NCBI GenBank assembly: GCA_019057865.1
Contig: JAHLWP010000041.1
Location: 1 to 31,306, forward strand
Source: Promethearchaeota archaeon
GTDB taxonomy: Archaea; Asgardarchaeota; Lokiarchaeia; Sigyniarchaeales; SOKP01
Length of the DNA stretch: 31,306 bases
Reading direction: 5' to 3'
In this document: positions 9,986-17,887 of the stretch, in pieces
Position numbering within the stretch: position 1 is the first letter of the stretch
Layout of the letters: each line of letters opens with the position of its first letter
Made by a program: the position numbers and the translations under genes
The notes under the pieces: model-generated
The model's input: only the letters and a program-made list of their open reading frames with translations
Database searches by the model: none
What the model was told of the DNA's origin: nothing

Positions 9986-10274
9986 AGAAAAATCGATTGG
10001 TTCATTAAAGGAAGCTATTGCATTTTTTACATTAGAAAATTATCCAGAAGATTATGCAAAGTCTCAAAATAATATTGGTCAGTCTTATTTAGCGATATCA
10101 AAATATAAGGATGCTGAAAGTAATTTAAAAAATGCTCTTCATTCATTTAAAGAATCACTTAAAGTTAGGAGTTCCGAATCTAGTTCCTTTTTGTATGCAT
10201 TCATAAACAAAAAAATTGGAATTATACATTATAATTTAAATCATTATAAAAATTTAAAAAAAGTGAAATGGTAA
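9975..10274 (+). pseudogene. Start-less TPR-repeat fragment
   Basis: Manual translation KEYIEKSIGSLKEAIAFFTLENYPEDYAKSQNNIGQSYLAISKYKDAESNLKNALHSFKESLKVR...KW*, matching the YPxDYAxxQNNLGxAY TPR type. Confidence 0.75.
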
Positions 10275-10335
10275 TATTTAATCTTAAGTTTTATTAGAAT
10301 TAATACCCTTTAGAAGTTAAATATTAATCATCAAC

Positions 10336-11148
10336 TTGAAAATGCATACATTAAAACCATCATATAAAGAGAAAATAAGAAAAGCCGCTAAATTACTCTT
10401 AAATTCAAAATCTGCAATAGTATTAACTGGTGCTGGAATCTCAACTGAGTCTGGGATCCCTGATTTTAGAGGGGATGATGGCATTTGGAAGAAGTACCCG
10501 ATTGAGACGTTTGGTACGTTAGAAAGTCTCCTAAAAGATCCTTCAAAATTTTGGAAAATGGCAGAAGAAATAGCTCCAAACTTATTTAATGCAAAACCTA
10601 ATACAGGTCATTATGCTATAGCAGAATTAGAAAAGATGAATATTGTAAAATCAATTATAACTCAAAACGTTGATGAACTTCATCAGAAAGCTGGTGCAGT
10701 TCTAGTATATGAAGTACATGGGAATATTAATAGATATTCATGTCTTGGATGTCGCGCTAGCTATACAAAACAACAAGTTTTAAATAAATTGAAAAAAGAA
10801 AAGAATTCTCCACCGCTTTGTGACGTATGTGCGGCACCTTTAAAGCCTTCAGTAGTACTATTTGGAGAAAGTTTACCTAAATTTGAAATTTATTATTCCC
10901 AAGATGTAGCGAAGAAATCAGATGTTATGCTAATCGTTGGATCTTCTCTCTCTGTAGCACCAGTATGCGATCTACCTTTATACACTTTAAGAGAAGGAGG
11001 TAAACTAATAATTATAAATGATGAACCTACACTTTTAGACTCAAAAGCAGAGGTTGTTATACATAATAAAATTGGAACTATTTTACCATTAATTGTAGAA
11101 GAACTTAAAAGGCTTATGGAAGAAAGCCATTCAGACACTAAATCATAA
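10336..11148 (+). CDS. cobB: NAD-dependent protein deacylase (Sir2/CobB sirtuin)
   Basis: LTGAGISTESGIPDFRG, TQNVDELHQKAG, EVHG, Zn ribbon CLGC...CDVC, KPSVVLFGE, VGSSLSVAP. Confidence 0.95.
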   Translation: MKMHTLKPSYKEKIRKAAKLLLNSKSAIVLTGAGISTESGIPDFRGDDGIWKKYPIETFGTLESLLKDPSKFWKMAEEIAPNLFNAKPNTGHYAIAELEKMNIVKSIITQNVDELHQKAGAVLVYEVHGNINRYSCLGCRASYTKQQVLNKLKKEKNSPPLCDVCAAPLKPSVVLFGESLPKFEIYYSQDVAKKSDVMLIVGSSLSVAPVCDLPLYTLREGGKLIIINDEPTLLDSKAEVVIHNKIGTILPLIVEELKRLMEESHSDTKS

Positions 11149-11186
11149 ATTTAATATAATTTGATCAATTTAGAAATAATCTATTA

Positions 11187-12761
11187 ATGATTACTGAAAA
11201 TATAATTGTCAAAGATTGGCGAAAAATTGATTTTTCCTTTGGATTAATCTATCCCAATATTTACAAACTCGGCATGTCATCTTATACCATTAGACTACTT
11301 TATTTTCTGATAAATTCTTATGAAAATATTGCATGTGAGCGTATATTTTTACCTGAAAATATACGATTCCCTGCTTCCAAAGACTATTCCTCTAGAAATA
11401 ATATAAGATCTTTAGAAAATAAAATATTACCAAATGAATTTGATATAATAGGATTTTCACTCCATTTCGAAAATGATTTTAAAAATATTCTATGGATTTT
11501 AGAAAAATCAGATATCCCATTCACTTCCCGAGAGCGTTTAATATTAGCTAAGGATGATAAAGAACCCGCACCAATTATTATCGGTGGAGGACCTGTAGTA
11601 ACTTCAAATCCATTACCATTAAGTAAAATATTTGATATGTTTTTTATAGGTGATTCTGAGCCAAATTTCGATTTATTTTTCAAAATATTCCATGATTTTA
11701 AGAAAAATAAAATAGATTTTAAAGAATTATTAGAAAAAGCAGCAAAAATAAGTGGAATTTTTGTTCCATCATTAAATAATATGGTTGAGAGGGGCATTCT
11801 TAAGGATTTGAATAAGTCACCTATTCCTATATTTCAACTTATTTCAAAGACTTCTAACATTTTTGAAAACAACTTTTTTATAGAAATTAATCGTGGTTGC
11901 CCTTTTCAATGTAAATTTTGTATCTCTTCTTTTCATAATTTTCCATTTAGAAATAGAAGTTATGAAAATATATTAAGAGTAATCGAACAGGGAGTTAAGT
12001 ATTCTAATTTTGATACAATAAGTTTAATGGGTTCTTGTGTGTCATCCCATCCCAAATTCAAGGATATCTGTAAATTTATAATTAGTAAAGAAAAAAGGTT
12101 AACTATACCATCCATACGAGTTGAACACCTAACTTCAGATATTATTGATATTCTAGAAAAGGGAGATGTTAAAACAATAACAATTGCACCAGAAGCAGGT
12201 ACGGAAGATTTAAGGTATGAATTAGGAAAAAGGATTTCAAATGATAAGATTTATTCTGTTTTGGCTCAAATTAAAGAATCTAAAATTAAGAACGTTAAAC
12301 TTTATTTCTTAATAGGCTTACCAAATGAAAAAGATGAAAATATAAATGATATTATTGATTTAATAAAAAATTTTAGTAATATTGGTTTTGATACTAATTC
12401 ACTTAGGGTGAATATTAATCCTTTTATACCTAAATTAAATACACCTTATGAAAAAGAGGTTGATTTCTATTTAAAAGAAAATTCTAATAAATTTAACAAA
12501 TATTATCACAAGTTAACACAAGAATTAAAAAAGATACCATCAATTAAAATTAAATTTATAAATTTCAAAGAAATTGTTAAAAATGCTAGATTGCAAACAC
12601 TTTTTTCTTTAGGAGATCAAAATATATCAGAGCTTCTTATAAATTATTATTTAAATGGTGCTAATTTCGGGTCATTACGAAAAGTTCAAAAAGAATTGAA
12701 TTTCTCTATGAATAATTATCTAATAAAAATTAAAGACTGTTATAGTCCCTGGCGAATATAG
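11187..12761 (+). CDS. Radical SAM protein with N-terminal B12-binding-like domain
   Basis: YPNIYKLGMSS, IIIGGGPVVTSNP, EINRGCPFQCKFC (CxxxCxxC), TIAPEAG, LYFLIGLP, NPFIPK. Confidence 0.9.
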   Translation: MITENIIVKDWRKIDFSFGLIYPNIYKLGMSSYTIRLLYFLINSYENIACERIFLPENIRFPASKDYSSRNNIRSLENKILPNEFDIIGFSLHFENDFKNILWILEKSDIPFTSRERLILAKDDKEPAPIIIGGGPVVTSNPLPLSKIFDMFFIGDSEPNFDLFFKIFHDFKKNKIDFKELLEKAAKISGIFVPSLNNMVERGILKDLNKSPIPIFQLISKTSNIFENNFFIEINRGCPFQCKFCISSFHNFPFRNRSYENILRVIEQGVKYSNFDTISLMGSCVSSHPKFKDICKFIISKEKRLTIPSIRVEHLTSDIIDILEKGDVKTITIAPEAGTEDLRYELGKRISNDKIYSVLAQIKESKIKNVKLYFLIGLPNEKDENINDIIDLIKNFSNIGFDTNSLRVNINPFIPKLNTPYEKEVDFYLKENSNKFNKYYHKLTQELKKIPSIKIKFINFKEIVKNARLQTLFSLGDQNISELLINYYLNGANFGSLRKVQKELNFSMNNYLIKIKDCYSPWRI

Positions 12762-12795
12762 ATAAATTATAAAAAAAATAAAAAAATTTATTTTA

Positions 12796-13299
12796 TTACT
12801 CGACTTTTTTGAATACCTTTTTAATAGCTCCACAAACTGGACATTTCTCAGGAGGTTTTCCTTCATGTGTATATCCGCATACTGGGCATATATAGATTTC
12901 ATTTTTTTCTAAATCTTTACCACTTTCAACGGCTTCAAAAGCCTTTTCATAGAGTTTATGATGAATTTTTTCTACTTCATTAGCATAATTGAAAGTTCTT
13001 TCTGCAGAACTATTCCCTTCATCTATAGCATCTTGTATAAATTCAGGATACATTTGGTTGAATTCATGAAATTCTCCTTCAATTGCTTCCTTTAAGTTTT
13101 CAGCTGTAGACTTAATTCCCTTCAATGCTCTTAGATGATTGTGAGCATGAACTGTTTCTGCAGCTGCTGCGGCGCGGAATAATTTTGCTACCTGAGCGAA
13201 CCCTTCCTTATCTGCCTTCTCCGCAAATGCTAAATATTTTCTATTAGCTTGAGATTCACCTGCAAACGCATCTTTAAGATCTTGTTCTGATTTTGACAT
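12796..13299 (-). CDS. rbr: Rubrerythrin
   Basis: AFAGESQANRKY, ETVHA, EKIH di-iron motifs and C-terminal rubredoxin CPVC...CPVC. Confidence 0.95.
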   Translation of the reverse strand: MSKSEQDLKDAFAGESQANRKYLAFAEKADKEGFAQVAKLFRAAAAAETVHAHNHLRALKGIKSTAENLKEAIEGEFHEFNQMYPEFIQDAIDEGNSSAERTFNYANEVEKIHHKLYEKAFEAVESGKDLEKNEIYICPVCGYTHEGKPPEKCPVCGAIKKVFKKVE

Positions 13300-13427
13300 T
13301 TTTAATCTAATTCCATGTTTTAATAATTAATTTTTAGTTGGATTAAATCAGATTTTAAGTTAGTTTTTATAGTTCATAAATTTTAGTAAAAAATCTAAAG
13401 ATTTCTCATGAAAACAAGATTTAGAGA

Positions 13428-14228
13428 TTACTTGATAAAAAGAACTTTGATATTTTGTACAATTTTTCTTAAGATAAATTCTGCCATTCCAAATTTTATT
13501 TTTGAATCAAAAACTAAAATTACAAAGTAGGAATCATTTACATACTCTGAAAAAATAAATTTCTTATTTTTGAAAGTGTAAAACATTTTTAATATAGAAT
13601 TATTCCATATTTTCACACGAAAATCAACTTCTTTTAAAAAAGTTCTTAAATCTATTTTATTTAAAGAGGAATAAAGGAGCTTTCCTCTGTTTGTTAATAA
13701 AATAGTCCCATCAATTTCATCATTTTGAGTTAACTCTTTTAAGTATTCAATAATCTTCGCTTCCTTTTCTAAATCAAATTCGTTGCTAAAGGTATCGTCT
13801 ATAATATTATTTATAGTATCATTTAATTTGCTGTCGTAAACTATTTCAGCTGTAATATTAATCTTATTTTTATTTATATAATCTAAAAGTTTAATATTAA
13901 TTTTTGAAATAACCTCATCTAATAGAATTATATTCTCAATTGTATCACATAAAACACCATAGTAGATTTCCCTTTTTTCAAAAATTGCTAATTTTATATC
14001 ACCCATATCTATTGTTTTAAACTTTTTCCCTATCATTTCTTTAGAAAAAGACATTAGTGCAGTTAAAAATGGAGAAATTAAATTTTTCTCCATATTGTAA
14101 TAATCTGTAAAACTTTTGCCGTAAAAGCAAATACCAGATTTATTAAAAATAAATAAATTATGAATTGTAGTATTTTTATCTAATCGTTTAATCTTTGAAT
14201 GCAACCTTGTTTTATCTTGAATACTCAT
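13428..14228 (-). CDS. Asgard longin-like + roadblock/LC7-like two-domain protein (eukaryotic-signature type)
   Basis: N-domain IHNLFIFNKSGICFYGKSF...LISPFLTALMSFSKEM (longin pattern). C-domain EIDGTILLTNRGKLLYSSL...FVILVFDSKIKFGM (roadblock pattern). Confidence 0.65.
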   Translation of the reverse strand: MSIQDKTRLHSKIKRLDKNTTIHNLFIFNKSGICFYGKSFTDYYNMEKNLISPFLTALMSFSKEMIGKKFKTIDMGDIKLAIFEKREIYYGVLCDTIENIILLDEVISKINIKLLDYINKNKINITAEIVYDSKLNDTINNIIDDTFSNEFDLEKEAKIIEYLKELTQNDEIDGTILLTNRGKLLYSSLNKIDLRTFLKEVDFRVKIWNNSILKMFYTFKNKKFIFSEYVNDSYFVILVFDSKIKFGMAEFILRKIVQNIKVLFIK

Positions 14229-14290
14229 ATTTAATTTTTAAAATTAAAGTATAAAAAGCACAAAGTTTTCAATTTAAATTGCATTTAGAA

Positions 14291-15283
14291 TTACCAAGTT
14301 TGTACGCCTTTAAAATTTAATTTAACTGGTAGTATTTTAAAGCCATCTTCAATCAATTTTTTCTTAATTCGATATTCATACCCTGCCTTAGCTAAAATCG
14401 TTGCTGAACCGCCACCACCAGCACCATTTAATTTAAATCCAATTGCTCCATTTTCTTTAGCTAGTTTTTCAGCTTTATTAATAGTAGAATTAGTCATTGA
14501 ATTATGAAGACTTTTTTGAGATTCCCAATTTCTGTTCATAATCTCTCCCATATATTCAAGAGACTCTGATTTAATAGCTGTCTTCATTTCATTAGCACAT
14601 TCTTTCATAGCATTAAATGAGTTAATTGTATTATTATCACCTTTTTCATAATTTTCAATAACAGCTTTATGCATTAAATTAGAACTTCGAGAACCAAAAT
14701 ATACTAAAATTAGCTGATTTTCTAATTTACAGATTTTTTCATCGTTAATTTGAACTTTTGAAACCTTTACAGACGGATAATCGATTTCCATAAAATTTAT
14801 CCCCCCTAAAGATGCTGCATACTGATCTTGAACACCACTCTCTAATTTTAATTCTTCTATTTCGAGTTTATGGGCAAGAGCAGCAATTTCATTAGGTGTA
14901 AGTAATTTGTTTGAAAGTTTTGTTAAAGCAGCTATTAATGCAACAGCTATACTTGCACTTGTTCCAGTTCCACATCCAGGAGGTGCATCAGCTCTAACAA
15001 AAATATCTACTGCTGTTTGTATTTCCATTCTTTTAACAGCAGCTTTTAATAAATCTAAAGTACCATCATAATCTATTTTTTGAAAATCTTTAATTTGCGT
15101 GTTTAATTTGAGATCCTCTGAAATAATATTTATTTTATTTGAATTATTGCTCACAATTCTTACATTACTATATAAATCGATACTAAGGTTAAAAACAGCT
15201 CCTCTTGGATAAAACCAAGTGTCAGTCCATCCACCAATATCACAAATTCGAACTGGTGCCCTGGAAAAAATTATTTCTTTCAA
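14291..15283 (-). CDS. GHMP-family sugar kinase (HddA heptose-7-phosphate kinase/fucokinase-like)
   Basis: RAPVRICDIGGWTD, PPGCGTGTSAS ATP loop, GVQDQYAASLGG, KLNGAGGGG; TTG start. Confidence 0.88.
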   Translation of the reverse strand: MKEIIFSRAPVRICDIGGWTDTWFYPRGAVFNLSIDLYSNVRIVSNNSNKINIISEDLKLNTQIKDFQKIDYDGTLDLLKAAVKRMEIQTAVDIFVRADAPPGCGTGTSASIAVALIAALTKLSNKLLTPNEIAALAHKLEIEELKLESGVQDQYAASLGGINFMEIDYPSVKVSKVQINDEKICKLENQLILVYFGSRSSNLMHKAVIENYEKGDNNTINSFNAMKECANEMKTAIKSESLEYMGEIMNRNWESQKSLHNSMTNSTINKAEKLAKENGAIGFKLNGAGGGGSATILAKAGYEYRIKKKLIEDGFKILPVKLNFKGVQTW

Positions 15284-15940
15284 GTTTTATCACAATTATG
15301 GCTTTCTTATTTAACCTAATTTATATTGATTTATGGTGATGATAATCATCTAACGATTTAAGTAATTCGTTTTTTCTATAAAGCTTTTGAGATACATATC
15401 AATCAAGCGAGTGAATACTAAAAATGATAAGGGAAGTAGAAGAATCCATAATATAATCCCAATTATTTTAGTATTTCGTATCTTCCTTTTTTCATTTATT
15501 ATCTTAGGTAATCTGTAATAAATCAGGAATTTGCCCTTTTCTTCTTATATTATCAGTTCTAACGACAAGAAAATTATTAGTTAATTTTAATAATTCATTA
15601 ATATGAAAATCAAAGGGTGATAATCAAAAATTGTATCTTTATAAAAAAACAAGATATTTTATAAATCTTCTCAAAATCCCTTAAAATTAAATTTTATTAA
15701 AATTCATAATTATGAACTCATATATAAATAAGTAATTGTTAGTTTCCCCATTATCTTGATATTTTAGAAATTTATACGAAAACCGAGCTAACTCTTGGAA
15801 TTTTTCAATGAAGACAAAAAATGCATCTAGACAATTATTATTAACATTCTATGATACTTTCATCAGTAAGTTTAAAAATAAGGAAGACACATGTATATTT
15901 AAATTAAAAAAAAATTTAAATTACTCTTAAAACATATTAT

Positions 15941-15946
15941 AGGAGG
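15941..15946 (+). promoter_or_regulatory. Consensus Shine-Dalgarno site of the histone gene
   Basis: AGGAGG 9 nt upstream of ATG 15956. Confidence 0.7.
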
Positions 15947-15955
15947 AATAAAAAA

Positions 15956-16153
15956 ATGGCTAAAAAACCAGCCGTAGAAGCCCTATTTGTAAAATCAAAA
16001 GTTAGAGAATATATCAAAGGCAAAGGATGCAATACAAGTGGAGGATTGATTGATGGTCCATCTCTTAACGATGCAATCATTGATGTCTTAGATAATGCAA
16101 TCAGAAGGGCTAAGGCTAATGGAAGAAAAACGGTTCAAGAAAAAGATTTATAA
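15956..16153 (+). CDS. Small histone-fold protein of the short-alpha3 class (face-to-face/DUF1931/Bd0055-like), not HMf-type
   Basis: 65 aa, basic. LFVKSKVREYIK alpha1, NTS loop, AIRRAKANGRKTVQEKDL with RxTxxxxD and truncated alpha3. Strong RBS and T-tract terminator. Confidence 0.85.
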   Translation: MAKKPAVEALFVKSKVREYIKGKGCNTSGGLIDGPSLNDAIIDVLDNAIRRAKANGRKTVQEKDL

Positions 16154-16174
16154 ATTGCTTGTATAATAGATTAA

Positions 16175-16187
16175 TTTTTTTTTTTTT
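16175..16187 (+). terminator. Oligo-T terminator after histone gene
   Basis: T13 run about 20 nt after the stop codon. Confidence 0.55.
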
Positions 16188-16458
16188 CTATTTATTGCTT
16201 TCATTTTTTATTTCATTATTAAACGTAAAAAATTACTAATTTTTTACAGTATCCTATATTAAATTTATAAAAGACCATCTTAAAAGATAACACACACAAC
16301 CTATACAACCATTAATAAAGAATAAAAATTCCTTGCCAAATCGCCTTATACCTTATCCTCTTTTTTAGAGAATAGGAATTTTTTATTCTTATTTTACTTT
16401 TTCTAAAAATAAAATTATAATAACAATGAAAATAGGTTTAAAAAAGCATTCCGTTTAA

Positions 16459-16998
16459 TTACTTCATATTTTGACTACTTTCTTTATCAACAATAAAAAA
16501 TCCAACTGAAGTAACACTTTTTAATCTCTGCAGATCTTCCTTTAGTCTTTTTACATGTTTATAAGGACCAGATACGGCAATAATTTCTAGACATTTTTCA
16601 AATTCTAAATGAACATGCATAGTAGAGATAACAATATCATGAAAATGATGTTGAATATCTGTTTTTAGGATTTCATCAGTTTGTTGAACATTAGCATACA
16701 TTGAGGTAGAACTATATTTATGATCATGGTGCTGTTCATGATCAAATTCCTTTTCATAATCATTTGGATGTTCATGTTTTACATCAAAATGTTTATGAGT
16801 CATAACTAATGTTATACATCCAACAACATTTCCAGAACTTATAGGAATATTTTCTTCACTTATCATAAAAGTATGCATTGCTTTCCGAATGGCATCAGAT
16901 CTTGAGATACCTAATGTTTCTCTAAATTCTTCAAATTTTTTATATAGTTTTTGAGGAAGAGAAACAGTAAAACGTTTATATTCTTCCATTTTAAGCAA
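16459..16998 (-). CDS. nikR: Nickel-responsive regulator NikR with His-rich insertion (ATG 16989 likely start)
   Basis: RHH domain KRFTVSLP...SRSDAIRKAM. Metal domain IQHHF...STMHVHL...CLEIIAVSG with the His/His/His/Cys Ni site. Confidence 0.9.
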   Translation of the reverse strand: MLKMEEYKRFTVSLPQKLYKKFEEFRETLGISRSDAIRKAMHTFMISEENIPISSGNVVGCITLVMTHKHFDVKHEHPNDYEKEFDHEQHHDHKYSSTSMYANVQQTDEILKTDIQHHFHDIVISTMHVHLEFEKCLEIIAVSGPYKHVKRLKEDLQRLKSVTSVGFFIVDKESSQNMK

Positions 16999-17034
16999 CT
17001 AAGCTAGTTAATTATTAAAATATGATACAAAAAA

Positions 17035-17769
17035 TTATTTTTTGATTAAAATAGCGATTGGCACGCTAGCTTCCCGCCATTGGGCAATTTTACCAGAATA
17101 TTCAAGGTCTAATTTCACTCTACCATGATCCCCTATAATAATCATTAATGAATTCTCTCTAAGTTGTTTATAATTACTTAAGATCCATTTATCTGTTCTA
17201 TTAATTAGTTTCTCTATTAAATCTTCTGGTGTTCTTTGCTTCAATTGTTGCTGCTGTTTATGTAGGTTTTCAAAGTCTAAATAGTGCATCCATGAGAGAT
17301 CGTGTGTATTAATAGCTTTTGCCGATTCCACCCATGTACTCATGTCTGTATCCTTTGGAATAGATTTTGTGCCGCCATCATATCTTTCTAAATCCTTCTT
17401 CCTCCCGATAAGACATGATGTTTTTCCAGCTGCCTTAATCTCTTTTAAAAGATGAAAGCCATTTGGCTCAATTTCAAAACCACCATATACTAATTGATGC
17501 AATACTCCTAATGTGTACGGATTTTTTGTACTTAGTAATAACATAACTTCAGAATTTGCTATCATAAATTGTGGTTTAAGGTATGTAATTTCAAACAGGC
17601 CGAAATTATCAATCAAATTAATACTTATTCGTTCAATACTTTGATACATATCTAGAATAGATTGAATTGGTTCTGGTATAGTATCAAGTGGAGGGTCAAT
17701 ATTTAATAATTTTAATAGAGTTGCGGGTAATTGAGTTAAATAACATTTTATTGTTTGAAGCTCACTCAT
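17035..17769 (-). CDS. Divergent alkaline-phosphatase-superfamily (phosphodiesterase/NPP-like) protein
   Basis: LTQLPATLLKLL, INLIDNFG, HYLDFENLH, IIIGDHG and C-terminal VPIAI match the compact AlkP/NPP core order. Confidence 0.6.
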   Translation of the reverse strand: MSELQTIKCYLTQLPATLLKLLNIDPPLDTIPEPIQSILDMYQSIERISINLIDNFGLFEITYLKPQFMIANSEVMLLLSTKNPYTLGVLHQLVYGGFEIEPNGFHLLKEIKAAGKTSCLIGRKKDLERYDGGTKSIPKDTDMSTWVESAKAINTHDLSWMHYLDFENLHKQQQQLKQRTPEDLIEKLINRTDKWILSNYKQLRENSLMIIIGDHGRVKLDLEYSGKIAQWREASVPIAILIKK

Positions 17770-17817
17770 GTTTGTGCCCTAAATTTAAAACAGTTTATTT
17801 ATTTTATTTGCTCTTAA

Positions 17818-17847
17818 TATTATTAATAATGAAATAATTTAATAATA
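17818..17847. promoter_or_regulatory. Inverted repeat TATTATTAA-N12-TTAATAATA in the divergent promoter; candidate NikR operator
   Basis: Perfect 9-bp arms between the nikR unit and larC; the AT-rich background lowers significance. Confidence 0.4.
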
Positions 17848-17887
17848 AAATTGTTATCACTTTTTTTATCAATTATTAGAATAAACT

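Noticed and set aside
10893-12902. ORFs 10893-11138, 11384-11797, 12720-12902
   Set aside because: Antisense or alternate-frame overlaps of sirtuin, radical SAM and rubrerythrin
15350-15545. Minus-strand start-less frame of ~60 codons with one hydrophobic stretch (IIGIILWILLLPLSFLVF)
   Set aside because: No start codon and no recognisable family; may be a remnant but not supportable
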